Positions 44,107 to 56,439 of a DNA stretch of 64,000 nucleotides are shown one piece after another. The notes under the pieces are model-generated. The model was not told where the DNA came from. It saw only the letters and a program-made list of their open reading frames with translations, and did not search any database. Each line of letters starts with the position of its first letter. Position 1 is the stretch's first letter. The stretch spans positions 248,001-312,000 of the forward strand of contig OZ251245.1 of assembly GCA_965240325.2 (NCBI GenBank), in the 5' to 3' direction. Origin of the DNA: Rebecca billardiae RCC1528 (Eukaryota; Protista; Haptophyta). The position numbers were made by a program, and so were the translations under genes.

Positions 44107-47100
44107 TCACTCGACGTCGCGCAGGTCGAATGTGACGCTGGCGGACGAGTTCGCCTGCACGTTGCGGTACACGCCCACCAGCCCGTCCGACTTGTCGTAG
44201 AACGTGTCCTTGAGCGAGATCGTGATGAACTGCACGCCGCCCGCCTCCTTCCGGATGAACTCGGCCACGCGCACCACGTTCACGTTGTCGAGCGCCGCGT
44301 CGATCTCGTCCATCACGAACAAAGGCGCTGGCTTCACCTGCCATAGCGCAAAGAGCAGGGCGAGCGCGGCGACGGTGCGCTCGCCGCCGCTGAGCTGCTC
44401 GATCTCGCGGAAGCGCTTGGCAGGCGGCATCGTGTTGAACTTGACGCCTGCGGCGCGCGATGCGCGGCGCAGCGCCGGGCACGCAGGCGGGCGGTGAGCG
44501 CGCGCGCCCGGCGCGGCCACCCCCGGGGCCGGACGCGCGGCGCGGCGCACGCTCAAGCTGCGCGCGGGCCTGGGGCCGCGCCTGCCGCCGCGCGCACCGT
44601 GGAGGTAGGGCTCCTCGGGCGACTCGACGACGAGGTGCGCGGTCCCGCCCATCGGGAACGTCTTCGAGCGCGTCAGCTCCTTGTAGATGCCATCAATCAC
44701 CTGTGCAGTTCAGTTCCAACGGTGCAGCGGCCGCCGGGGGTTTGGGCGCGCGCGTGCAGCACACGGCGCGTGAACGCGAGGGATGGCGATGGATCCGAAT
44801 GCGGCCTCGTGCCAGGGCGCGTCCGGTGCGGGCAGAGCGCACGCGCGCGGCGGCGGCGCGCGACTCGGGCGCGCTGCGCAGCGCGGCAGGACAGTGCCTG
44901 CGCGCGCGTCGCGCGTGCCGACGGCCGAGCCGCGCGGAGGACGCACCGACGCGGCGTTCTTGAACGCGCTCAGGAACAGCTGCTTGCGCCGGCCGGCCAC
45001 GTCGTCCAGTTGCTGAGGGGCGGGAGCGGGCCGCACGCGCGCGCGCGGGGGGGAGCGGCGAGCGTCGGGGGCGCGCAAGGGGTGAGCGCAGGCGCGCGCG
45101 CAGCACGCAGCGCGCAGGGGCGGTGTGCGCGCGCTGCAGCCGGGTGTGCCCCTGTCGACTCGGCCCGCCCGCGCGTGCGGCTCCCGCCCATGCCACGCCG
45201 CCGCCCGGCGCGGTTCAGGCCGGCGCTGGCCCGCCCGGCGCTGGCCCGCCCGGCGCTTGGCCGCACCTTCTTCGCCTCGGCCGCGGCCTTGCGCGAGGCC
45301 GCGAACACCTGGTCCGAGTCTGCGATCTTCGCCTCGAGATCGGCGTACTGCTGCTGCGCCTTCAGGTTGGGCGAGATCGCGCGGAGCTGCGCGAGCAGCT
45401 CCTCGAGGTGCGTCTCCGCCGCGGCGGCGGCCATGGCTGCGTCGCCCTTGTCCTCATCGCTCAGCGACTTGAAGTCGATTCGGATCAGCTCGGCCGTCTC
45501 GGCATCCATGGGCTCGGGCCCCTCCGAGCCGGCGCCGCGCGAGCCGCCCGCGTCGTTGGCCGTGGACGCGCCCGCGCCGTCGCCGCCGGGCGCGCCGCCC
45601 GCGGTCCCCGTGCCGACGAAGCCGGAGGGCGAGAAGGACTCGGAGGCTCCCAGGAGCAGCGGCGTGGCGAGCGGCGGCGCGCTCGGCGCCGCGGCCGCGT
45701 CGGACGGCGCGCCGCGCCCGCCCGCCTGCTTGCGCTTCTTCTCGCCGCGCTTGCGCCCCTGCGCCTCCGTCGAGTCGAGCGCGGCCGTGTCCTCCGCCGC
45801 GGCGCGCTTACGCGCGATCGCCGCGTGGTCGCGCTGCGCCGCGGTGCCCGAGGTCATGGGCACCGCCACCTCGTCCAGCCGCGCACGCCCAAACGCGGCG
45901 CGCCGCTCCTCGCGCCTCGAGTCCATCTGGCCGTCGACGGTGCCGAGCTTCTTGGCGGCGGCGTCGAGCTCGCGCTTGGCGTCGGTCGCGCGCGCCTTGG
46001 CCGCCTTCGCCTCCTCGTCCAGCGCGCGCTGCTGCTCGTGCGCCTGCGCGAGCTCCGCGTCGATCTGCTCCTGCTGCTCCTGGCTCGCGTCCGCCTCCGC
46101 CTGCCACTCGGCCAGCTCGGCGCCCTTGTCTGCGCGCGCGCGCTCGTCCGCTGCCACCTGCGCCTCGACCTTCTCGATCGCGGCGGGCAGCCCCTTGCGC
46201 TCCTCGTGCTGCAGCTGCGCGCGCAGCCGGCCGGCCACGCGCTCGAACTCGATCTTCTTCGCCTCGTGCGCGCGCCGCCGCGCCGCCACCTTCTGCTCGC
46301 GCTCGAGCAGGTCGTCCACGCCCAGCTCGGCCGAGAGCTCCGCGAACGTGTCCTTGCCGCTCTCGCGCGCCGCGCCGGCGAGCGTGGCCTCTTCGGCGCT
46401 CAGCTTGGCGAGGCTCGCCTTCTCGGCGTCGAGGCGCGCGGCGGTCTTGGCCGCGTCGTCCGCGCGCGCCTTGCTGCGCTTCGCCAGCTCCTTGCGCTTC
46501 GCGTTCGTCGTCTGCAGGTCGGCCTTTGCCTCGGTGAGCGACCCCTTGGCCGCCTGCGCCTGCGCCCGCAGCTTCTCGATCCGTTCGGTCGAGTGCTGCT
46601 TCGAGTTGCGCTCGAGAGCGGTGAGCTCCGCCTGCGCGGCCTCGAGCTCCTCCTTGAGCGAGTGGAACTTGCGCTGGTCCCACCGCGAGCCGCCGCCGCC
46701 GCCGCCGCCGCGCTTGCCGAAGCCGCCGCCGCCGCCGCCGTCGCTCGCCGCGCCGCCCGTCATGATGCCGGACTTGGCGATCAGCGTGCCGTCAAGGGCG
46801 ACCACCTTGTGCCGCTCGCCGCGCCGCGCGGCGGCGGAGCGGTAGCACAGCTCGCGCGCCTCTTCGAGCGAGTCGCAGATGAGCGTGTCCGCCGCGGCGA
46901 AGCGCACGGCGGGCTCGTACTGCCGCTCGAAGCTCAGGCAGTCCACCACCAGCCGCATCGAGCCGCCGAGCGATCGCAGCCGCTCGGCGATCGGCTTGGG
47001 CCGGATGCCGTCGAGCGGGATGAACGTCTGCGGCGCATACCGCTGCTCCTTGAGGTACTTGATCGCCTCGCGCGCGGTCTCCTCCGTGTCGACGACGATC

Positions 47101-49299
47101 GCCTCCATGTTCTTGCCCAGCGCGACCGCGCACGCGCCGTCCCACGCGCGCTTCGCCGGCGTGCACAGGTCGATCAGACGGCCGTGCACGCCCTTGAGCT
47201 GCCGCTGCAGCGCCTCGAGCGACTCGCGCAGTTTCGCGTCGCGCTCCGTCTCCGAGCGCTCGGCGCGGAGCTCGACGAGCTGCGCCTGGCCGGCGGTCAG
47301 CTTGGCGCGGAGCTCGGAGGCGCGCTTCTCCGCCGCCGCGCGCTCCTTCTCCAGCGCCTTCGCCTGCTCCTCCGCCTTCGCCGCGACGCCGTGCTGCCGC
47401 TCGATCTCGGCACTCGTCGCGTCGGCGCGCTCCGACAGCTCGGCCGCCTGCTCGTCCGCGGCGCGCGCGTCGGCGCTCGCCGCGGCCGCGTCGTCGGTGA
47501 GCTGCGCGACGGTGCGCTCGCACGCCTTGAGCGCGCGCCGCGTCGCCGCGAGCTTCTCCTGCGTCGCCGCCGTCTGCGCGCCCGCCTTCGCCGACAGCTC
47601 CGCGCGGCGCTCGAGCTGCGCGGCCGTGAGAGTGAGCTCGGGCTCCGCACGCTCCTCCTCCGCGTGCTTCGCGTCCGCGGCCGCCTCGGCGCGCTCGAGC
47701 TGGCGGAGCTCGTCGCGCAGCGCCTTGAGCGCGGAGGACTGCGTCTGCGTCTTCTTGCGCAGCGCCTCCGCCGACTTCTTCGCCATCGCGATCTGCTTGT
47801 CAAGGTGCGCGATCTCGGAGTGCAGCTTGATGCCGCGCGGCTTGGTCTTGTCCGCGTCGCGCGCGGCCGCCGCCGCCTTGCGCTCGAGCTGCATGCGCTC
47901 CTTGGCATGGCGCGCGGCGTTGCGCTTCGCGCCGGCGGCGTCCGCCTCGGCCTTGTCGTGCGCGTCGCGCGCCTTCGCGTGCCGGTCGATCGCGCGCTGC
48001 CGCTCCACCTCGAGCTCGGCGATCGCCACCTCGATCGAGTACAGCCGAAGCAGCGCGAGCCGCTGCCGCGCCGCGCGCTGCGCCGCGTCCAGCTGCTCGA
48101 ACTTGTTCGCCTCGTCGCGCTGCAGCTTGAGGACCTTCTGCTCGTTCTGCAGGGACTTCTTCTTCTGGTAGTGGTACAGCGTCTTTTCCTCCGCCTGCGC
48201 GCGCGTGAGCGAACGCGAACAGCCACCACCCGGCCGCGCGGCGCCGAGGCGAAGCGTGTCAGCCGCCGAGCGCGCGCGGGCGCGCGCCTCGCCAAGCCTC
48301 GCCAAGCCCTCGCCCGTTCTGCGGCACCGCTGGCTGGCCGGCGCGCGCGCTGCACCCCGCAGCGCCCGCGCCGGCCGAGCCCGCGCACCCGCGGCCACGC
48401 CGCCCACGCCCTCGCACCCGCGCCGCCAGTGCCTCCCCGCCCGCGCTGGACGCGCCCCGCTCCGGTGCCGCCGTGCGCATCGCGCGCCGCGCCGCGCCGC
48501 GCCGAGGCGCTCCGCTCCGGTGCCGCCGTGCCCACCCCGCGCCTCGTGCTCCACCCGCCCCGCCCCGCCGTGCCCGCGCCGCCCCGCGCCGCGGCTCGGC
48601 TCGGCTCGCACCTCCTTCTTGGCCTCGACCGCCTCATCGTACGCTTGCTTGAGCGCGTCCGAGCCGGAGAGGCGCTCGATCATCGCGGTGAGCTCCTTGG
48701 GCGACTTGGCCGCCACGTCGGCCACGTCCCCCTGGAACACGAGGAAGTTGCGCGCGCGCACGTTGATGTTCAGCTCGCCCAGCGAGCGCTCGTACTCGTC
48801 CGCCTTCACGACCTTGCCGTTGATCCGGTACTCGGACGCGCCCGCGGCGGTGATGGTGCGCGAGAGCTTGCGCTCCTCGCCGCCGACGATGAGCACGAGC
48901 GTGACCGACGCGCGCGTCGGGCCTGCGCGCGGCGCGCGCGCGCAGCGCGCGGGTCAGCCCGCGCGCGCGCGGCGGACGGCCAAGGCGTGCATGCGCGCGC
49001 GTCGAAGCCGCGTCCGCGCGCGCACCCTCGCCAGGCTGCATGTCGGGCGCGCGGAAGATGAGGTCTTTGAGCACCTTGCCGCGCAGATCGCGCGAGTGCA
49101 CGCCGAGCACGAACGAGATCGCGTCCATCGTGTTCGACTTGCCCGCGCCGTTCGGGCCGATCACCGAGGTGAAGTCGAGGAACGGGCCAATGGTCTGCTG
49201 CCCGCGGAAGGACTTGAAGTTGTCGACGAGGAGGCGGTCGACGCGGACGTCGCGCGTGTACGGCGCCACATCCGTCGCGCCCGTCTCAACGAGCGCCAT
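44107..49299 (-). CDS. SMC1: Cohesin subunit SMC1
   Basis: [24 protein letters not shown], hinge ([16 protein letters not shown]), LSGGE and DEIDAALD. Exons 49299-49026, 48922-48612, 48194-45267, 45012-44947, 44700-44598, 44447-44107. Confidence 0.97.
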
Positions 49300-49698
49300 C
49301 GCCGGCCGTGCGCGCCGGGCAGCGCTCTAGTCCCGCGCCCGCCGCACAGCGTCGCGCCCTTGCGAAGAGGGACGACCAGTAGCACGCTGCGCCACTGGCC
49401 ACCCAGGTCCAGCCGGCGGCGGGCGCACTGGCGGCCGCGCAGCCGGGTTGCCACCGGACCAAAGCCACATTGTGGGGTTTACGCGGCGAAAAAGCGCGAC
49501 AAAAAGTTTTCCCGCGGAAGAAATGGCGCGAACGCGCGTGCAATTGCGCACGTGATGTCCGGGCGCCCGCCGCTCGGCCCGCCTCGTGCGCCGGTGCGCG
49601 TGGGCGGCCGCCGCCCGCCTGTGTCAACGCTTGAGTGCCGCGCGGCGGGCGGCGGCCACTGCATCCCTCCCCTCCTGCTTGCCCAACCGAGCGCGACG

Positions 49699-50655
49699 AT
49701 GGCGAATGTGCGCGGGCTGAACGACCTGAAGGAGGACGCGGAGGAGGAGAAGCGGCAGGCATACTACGCCGGCGGGCAGGGCCAGAATGGCGGCGGCAGC
49801 GGCCAGGAGATCCTCGACCCGCGCGAGTTCATGCGGCGGGCGCGCGACGAGCTCGGCGCGCGCTCGATCGACGAGTACAACGCGGAGCAGCAGCAGCAGG
49901 CATTCACCGGGGTGGGGACGGGGCGCAGTCTGAACGCGCCGCCGCCTCCCCCTGCGGAAGAGGAGGCGGAGCCCGCCGCTGCTTCGGACAGCGCGCCGGT
50001 CGCGGCGACGACACACACCATCACCTTCTGGCGCGACGGCTTCACCGTCGACGACGGCCCGCTGCGCCGGACGGACGACCCGGAGAACGCGCAGTTCCTG
50101 GCGGACATCAACCGGGGCCAGGTGCCCCGCGAGCTCGAGGCCTCGTCGAATGGTGCGTGCCCGCGCTCGCCCGTGCGCGCGCCCGCCCCTGGAGCTCGGC
50201 AGCAGCCGACACGCCCTCGCCCGCCCCGCGGGTGCGCGCGGCGCGCGGCAGGTGCCGACATTGACGTGCACTGCATCGACAAGAGCACCGAGGCGTACAC
50301 GCCGCCGCCGCCCACCGTCAAGCCCTTCACGGGCGCGGGCCACTCGATGCGCGACGACTCCGCCCCGGCGGACGCCGTCGGGCCCGTCACCCCGCAGGAG
50401 GCAGTGGTCGACGACAGTCAGCCGACCACGTCGGTGCAGCTTCGGCTGCACGACGGCTCGCGGAGGGTGCTCAAGCTGAACCACTCGCACACCGTGGCGC
50501 AGCTCCGCGCGCATGTGGCCACGCTCGTCCCGCCGGGCGCGCGCTTTGAGCTCAGCACGCAGTTCCCGCGAACCAAGCTGGCGGCTGCCGACGATGCGAA
50601 AACGATCGCCGACGCTGGCCTGCTGAACAACACAGTCGTGGCGTCGATGCTCTGA
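49699..50655 (+). CDS. p47/Shp1-like CDC48 cofactor (SEP + UBX domains)
   Basis: YYAGG..SGQ, ITFWRDGFTVDDGPLR...GQVPREL, SHP box FTGAGH and UBX TTSVQLRLHDG...FP; intron 50153-50251. Confidence 0.92.
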   Translation: MANVRGLNDLKEDAEEEKRQAYYAGGQGQNGGGSGQEILDPREFMRRARDELGARSIDEYNAEQQQQAFTGVGTGRSLNAPPPPPAEEEAEPAAASDSAPVAATTHTITFWRDGFTVDDGPLRRTDDPENAQFLADINRGQVPRELEASSNGACPRSPVRAPAPGARQQPTRPRPPRGCARRAAGADIDVHCIDKSTEAYTPPPPTVKPFTGAGHSMRDDSAPADAVGPVTPQEAVVDDSQPTTSVQLRLHDGSRRVLKLNHSHTVAQLRAHVATLVPPGARFELSTQFPRTKLAAADDAKTIADAGLLNNTVVASML

Positions 50656-51364
50656 GCGTGAGCACGGCGCGCGCGGCGCGGGCGGATGCGCGGGCTGCTG
50701 GGACGGCGCCTTGGCCGCGCACCGCCTCCGGCCGCGCGGCACGTGCGCGCATGTACGCTCGAAGCGCGAGACGTCCGAGACGGCGCCCGGCTGCTGCGGC
50801 AGCAGGTGCCGGCGCACGCACTGCGCGCAGGGTCAGCGGCAGCTGTGCGCGCCGGCCCCCATGGCTCTGCCGACGCGTCCGTGTTGCGCACGTGCTGGTG
50901 CCGTCTGTTGGAATCGTACGGCGTGCCGCCGGGCTCGTGGGACGACGTGGAGACAGGTCGATCGTGGGCCGTCCGTCGGTCGCGGGCCCCGGACCTCGTC
51001 GGACACTGAGCGAGGCTACAGTCTTACTACTTCTCAGATTAGTCTCGGCCATCGGGCCTGCAGTCTGCAGATCCGCCCACATCCGATGATGCCCAGCCGT
51101 CTGCTGAGCGGACCTGAATGAATGAATAATAATCATATGGCGCTGATGACTCGGCGGACATAATGACGAGTTATTATTATAATATATTTATTATTACATA
51201 GCTAGTGATGATGGCTCCGGATCGCGGACGGCCGATAATGCTACTCGGACTTCTAGTTCTAATATGACGGACGCGGGACGGTCAGTAACGGCCGGTGGCG
51301 TCCGGCCGTAGTAATACTCAACGTCATAATGATCGGATGATATATATATATATATGAGCCGACG

Positions 51365-53056
51365 TCAGTTGTATTGCCGCTTTGGATAGTGTGGTCAGTT
51401 GTATTGCCAAAAGCACTTTATGACTAGCGTGGTCAGTTGTATTGCCGTTTTCAGTAGTATGGGTCATCAAGAATATTGCCGCTTTTGGATAGTGTGTCAA
51501 CAATATTGCCCCTAAAATACTGGTTTCAAACCAATGACCCTTTCACACTACTTGGTTCACGAATATTGCCGTTTTCGAGCTTGAACATAGTCTGCTCAGA
51601 AATATTGCCCGCCCTTTCCATAACTATGTGTCAGTTGTATTGCCGCCAGCAGCTGGTGGCTGGGGCACGACTCGCACTCAGACAAGAGACTCGCGCAGCC
51701 CGTGTGCGCGTGCGTGCAGAGCTGCGACTGCCTGCGCGCGGCATGCAGGATACGCGCCTGCAACCAACCGACATGCCATCATCATGCGGCCTGCGTAGCT
51801 CATCTTGACTTCCAGTAGCAGTCGGCGCTTCCCGTCGCCGTCGCGCTTGCCGCCCGCCGGCGGCCGGCCGCCAGCGCCATCGGGACTGCTGCTACTTCAG
51901 CGGCCACGTGAGCCGCATCGCGTCCCATGCCGCTGCACGCGCCGCCTCAAGCTGCGACCGCGCTCGCCAAGCCTGCCACTCGGGTTCCAGCAGCAGCAGG
52001 AAGCGTCGCCTGCCCCTCCTGCTTGCTGGCTCGTCGAGGCACGCGCGGCGCACCGCCCGCCGGTCGGTACGTTGTGTCCCAGCTGGCAGTACGCCTTGGA
52101 CTTCCTCCTCCACGGGCCAATCAGCCTGCGTTGACGAGTGCGACTGGCGCACGGTCAGCCACTTGCACACGGTTGGCCACAGGGCAGTCTGCTGTTGGAG
52201 TGATGACAATCGCAAAACGGCACGCGCCAGCAGTGTTGCACGAGCGAGAGCGACGCGCGTTGGTTGATCGCCACGGTGTGAATGACAGTCGATGGCAGGC
52301 AGTGAGGGGGACGCGCGTCGCGTTGGTCAAGCTCCTTGAGGCCGTTGAAGAGCACACGCCCGTCGTGCACGTTCGACTCCCGCGAATCGGGGCGCAGCAA
52401 CACACGCTCACCCTGCTTCACGCATGCACCTGCATGCGCTGCCGTCGCAATGTCATCGACTGCGCGCTTGAGGGTCCCGGAGTCGAAGTGAGCACGGAGC
52501 AACGCCGATTCGATAGAAGTCGCGACGGATTCTCGCCCGTCTCCGCGTAGACGGCGAGTAGCCCGAGGTGCACGCGCGTGTTGCACTGCGCGCGCATGCG
52601 GCAGCGTTTGTGCAGATTCCGGTCCACGGTTCAGCCCGTCGTTCGGCTTGATGATGTCGAGGAACACGGCGCTACCCCGGCAGAGATCGTCGTCGTTGAA
52701 CGTCACTCTTCTGGCCTGGGATCAGCTAGGCCTGCTCAAGGGCACGCCGCGCACGCCGGCGGCGCATGGGCGCTAGCGCCATCATCAGCGCGTGGGCGAT
52801 CGCGGCAACAAACCTGAATCAAAGATGCGCAAACGGCAACACAACTGACCCACACTACGCGACGGCAATACAGCTGGACAAAGTATTGGGCCATCATCCA
52901 CGGCAATACACCTGACACAAGTATTCGACGTTGGCAACAAGATTGACACGTGATTCCCAAACATGGAAAACGGCAATACAACTGACCAAGGTAGTCAAAA
53001 CGTGATGCGTTTGGCAATACACCTGACCACACTTTCCAAAACGGCAATACAGCTGA
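51365..53056. mobile_element. About 1.7 kb decayed DNA transposon with long TIRs built from repeated TCAGTTGTATTGCC units
   Basis: About 8 copies or variants on + at 51365-51645 and about 7 inverted copies (GGCAATACAACTGA) at 52833-53056; interior carries frameshifted coding-like fragments on the minus strand. Confidence 0.85.
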
Positions 53057-53294
53057 TATTATCTCTCTCTCTCTCTCTCTCTCTCTATATCAATTATTTA
53101 TTATAATTAAATATAATTATTCGATTCCGTCCGCGATTCGTCGCGCGCGGGCCGGGAATCGCCAATCGGGATGCGCGTCGTCATATTGCTGAGTACGTAG
53201 TAATGACGAAAAGTGCTGCGCTGATGATGATGTCGTAGTACAGTCTTCATCATTAATGACGACGATATTATTGATATATATAGTGTAAAAAGTA

Positions 53295-54719
53295 CAGGCA
53301 ATCGCGGGCAATAACTCGGAGTGAATATATATGGAGCTGTCACGTTATAAGAAACTAGGGTGGGGCTTGCTATCTATTCTGCGGATCGTCGATCTGGCCT
53401 AGAAACTGAGACTGCTAGCGATTGGCTGGTTCGCTATACAGGCAATCGCGGGCAATAAGAAGTCAGAGATCTGCCGGCTAGCCTCGGTTTCTTAGCTGTT
53501 CGGTAGCCCGAGCGCCTACGGAGCCTCAGTTTCTTAGGTCCGCCCGCCGCGCAGGCGCGGGGGGCGCAGGGGGGCAGAGCCCCCCGCTGAGTCTTTAGGC
53601 CCGGCCGGCGAGGCCGAAGATTTTTTTTGGGCCTTTTTGGAGCAAATCTGGCATGATGTTGCATGCCGGGCGTGTGCAGTGGCAATGGAGCAGTCCCCAG
53701 CAGGACTGGAGGAGAAGTGACCAAGCGCAGCAGTCCGGAAGAGCAGCATGTCAGTAGTACTCAGGCATGCGTAGCGGATGTAGACGAGTAGACAGTAGTA
53801 TAGCGCGCTCATCAGCGCAGCCTGCTTATTAGTTATTAGCATCCCGACGCGGCGCTCATCAGCAGTACAGTAGTCATCTAACACGGTCATGCAGCATGAC
53901 TCCGCCACTGGCACTGATGAGTGACTTACTCAGGTCGTAGTTAGCTGCAAGCAGACGACCAAGTTGACTAGTATGACAGTAGTCACGCGCGGGCGGCGCC
54001 GCGGCGCGCCACGCGTCCCACGCGCCTCGGACCCGAGCCGCGACGTAGTCTCGGTTTCTTAGTGTGACTATGCGTATAGCGAACCAGCCAATCGCTAGCC
54101 TCAGTTTCTAGGCCAGATCCGCAGATAGCAAGCCCCAGTTTCTTAACGTGACAGCTCCTTATTGCCCGCGATTGCCTGTACACGCATAGTGATAGTCACA
54201 CTGTTAAGAAACTGATGGGACTACGTCGTCGCGGCTGACGAGTGGTCCGCCGAGGCGCAGTGCCCGTGGTCCTGACGTGGCGCGCGGCCCGACTACGAGC
54301 ACAAGCCAATATACGTCCCGCCACTTCACTCCTGTGAAATTGTGAATGACTCGGACTCCGCTGGCCATTAGTGCGCACCGCAGCATCCATGCAACATCAT
54401 ACCTGAGATGTGACACTCCAAAGTGGCCCTAATAAATTTTCTTCGGCCTCGCCGGCAGGGCCTAAACTCTAAAGACTCAGCGGGGGGCTCTGCGGTCTGC
54501 CCCGGGCTCACTCGGCTGCGGCTGCGCCAGCGCCGGCGGCCCTGGCGTCAGCCTGCGCCGCCGTGCGGCGGGCACGGGGCCGGCGCGGCGCGGACCGCCG
54601 TAGCTGCTCAATAAAGAAATAATAATAACGACTCGGATGATGAGACGATTCCGTCTCACTCTCAGGCGCTCGGGCTACTGAACGGCTATAAGAAACCGAA
54701 TTGCCCGCGCGATTGCCTG
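53295..54719. mobile_element. Tc1/mariner-type MITE (outer copy), TIR CAGGCAATCGCGGGCAAT, TA-flanked
   Basis: TA|CAGGCAATCGCGGGCAAT at 53295 and the inverted end ...GATTGCCTG|TA at 54719; interrupted by an inner copy. Confidence 0.85.
53439..54178. mobile_element. Same-family MITE (740 bp) inserted in inverted orientation into the outer copy
   Basis: Same TIR; TA duplicated at 53437-53438 and 54179-54180; arms are homologous to the opposite arms of the outer copy. Confidence 0.85.
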
Positions 54720-54787
54720 TACGTTGCAGTAGCAGGGCTGCCGCCTGCCGGCTAGTCATACGCTGTCACTTGAGGCACTACTCGCCA

Positions 54788-55783
54788 CTAGGCAGTCACC
54801 CGACTGGCAGCAGTAGACAGTAGTGGCACCGGGTCCATGACACGCTTAAGAAGGAACCGCTCCACGTGATCCACTCGAGCTCGCACCTCCGCGTCGAGCT
54901 CCAAGCATCGCCCCGACGCAATTGGACTTGCAGGAGGGCAAAACTTTCGCCTGGGCTTCCTGACACCGACGTTGCTGAAGGTGCGCTGTGTAAGAGGGGG
55001 GCTGACGCCGTACCGCTGGAACAGCTCTGTAATGCCCTCCTGCAGCGCGGAGAACTCCACAAGCCACTCGGCTCGCCAGACGTATGCCCACTGCGGCACT
55101 TGGTGGCACCCGTCCAGTTTGCTTCGTGTTAGGTTCCATTTCTTGAGCTCCTTCCGACCCCCAGCCAGCACCCGGTCGTAAGTGGTTGCGTTGGCACCAT
55201 CGACTGCTGCTTCTTCTGATTCAGCGACCTCGAGCAAATCCATCAGGATGCCACGCACTCGCAGATATCCGCGTGCGATCCGGGAGAATTCGGCGCATAT
55301 ATGCGTCTCGGTATGCGTCTCCGTGCCGTTCAGGAACTTCATCCTTGCCGGCTGCAGGAAGCACACACCGCTGATGAGGCGCTGCCCGGGCTCGCGCACG
55401 ATGGCGAATGAGTCGGGGACGTACGCGGCAGGGGGGTCGTGCTGCTTCGAGCACTGCGTGCCGTCGTGGTGCGACGGGTAAGAGTAGTGGCTGTTGACCT
55501 TCCCATCCTTGTCGTATGGTCTAAGAAGGCCCTCTACCGTCGTGCCGCCATTCTTCGGGATGTGGAAGAAGGTGAGCATGCCTTGGGTGCGCTCAGCGCC
55601 ACCGAGGGGCTCGGGCGGATTCGTGCGGTGCCACAGCCGACCGCCGTTGCGGTACGTGCGCACCACCTCAAACATTGGCGGCTCCTTCCCCGCGAGCGCT
55701 GCCGCCATGAGGACGGCAGCCGCCACAAGATGGTGCGCGACGCCGCATGCTGCCATTGCGCGGGACCGATGCCCCGCCGCCAT
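54788..55783 (-). CDS. Golgi-type sulfotransferase (Sulfotransfer_2-like)
   Basis: 5'-PSB loop FFHIPKNGGTTVE, 3'-PB motif FAIVREPGQRLISG, H..PQ; N-terminal hydrophobic segment. Alternative start 55756. Confidence 0.82.
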   Translation of the reverse strand: MAAGHRSRAMAACGVAHHLVAAAVLMAAALAGKEPPMFEVVRTYRNGGRLWHRTNPPEPLGGAERTQGMLTFFHIPKNGGTTVEGLLRPYDKDGKVNSHYSYPSHHDGTQCSKQHDPPAAYVPDSFAIVREPGQRLISGVCFLQPARMKFLNGTETHTETHICAEFSRIARGYLRVRGILMDLLEVAESEEAAVDGANATTYDRVLAGGRKELKKWNLTRSKLDGCHQVPQWAYVWRAEWLVEFSALQEGITELFQRYGVSPPLTQRTFSNVGVRKPRRKFCPPASPIASGRCLELDAEVRARVDHVERFLLKRVMDPVPLLSTAASRVTA

Positions 55784-56439
55784 GGACGTGCCACTGAGGG
55801 ACCTCTCCTGATGAGTCCTGACGAGTGGACGCGCGAGTTTCTGGTCTCCTTGATGACACTGACGACGCAAGCCGCAAGGTCGCAAGCACTGACGAGTCTC
55901 AGTCTGACGCCCAGCTTGACTTCGTGACTTTGTCCATGGGGCGCGGTACATCAATCCCGGCCCCGGAGACTGCGACTGCAGGACTACTGAGACTCGGCTA
56001 CGCCACGGCGTACTGGCCGTACATACATCTTAGACTGCGGACGCGCGCGTTCGATATCCGTACGTGGCGCCCTGCGAGTCTGACCGTGAGCAAGCGTCGG
56101 TGAGACGACGTGACCGGCGTCGCCCGGTCGGACCTGCGGCAGCGCCGTCATGAACGAATTCAGCATGATTCGTGAGCCGAGTGTCACGTCAGCCATCTCC
56201 ACCATCGCCAACACACGTACGTGCCCAGGCCGAAGCTCGAAGAGCACACGCACGAGGAAGATCGCGTGCGCAAGGCTTGTCACCGGCACGCCTTGTGCGC
56301 ACCCCCGCATGGACCGCAAGCGATTGGTCTTCTGCGAGCCGGGGGTGGCCCACAGGGAGCCACGCAACCAAGCCGCAGCGAGCTGCTGGGTAGGTGCATC
56401 ACCCCACACGCGCCGACACGGCCCGCGCCCCGAGGCTGC

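Noticed and set aside
45123-49061. 1312 aa plus-strand ORF and many other long Ala/Arg/Pro-rich ORFs
   Set aside because: These are antisense or alternate-frame shadows of real genes (here SMC1), caused by stop-codon scarcity at very high GC.
51365-51645. Spaced 14 bp repeats resembling a CRISPR array
   Set aside because: The repeats are too short and degenerate, are mirrored in inverted form at 52833-53056, have no cas genes nearby and lie in a eukaryotic context. They are transposon subterminal repeats.
55984-56409. Minus-strand ORF between RPS15 and the sulfotransferase
   Set aside because: It overlaps the probable RPS15 3' UTR and shows no recognisable family motif.
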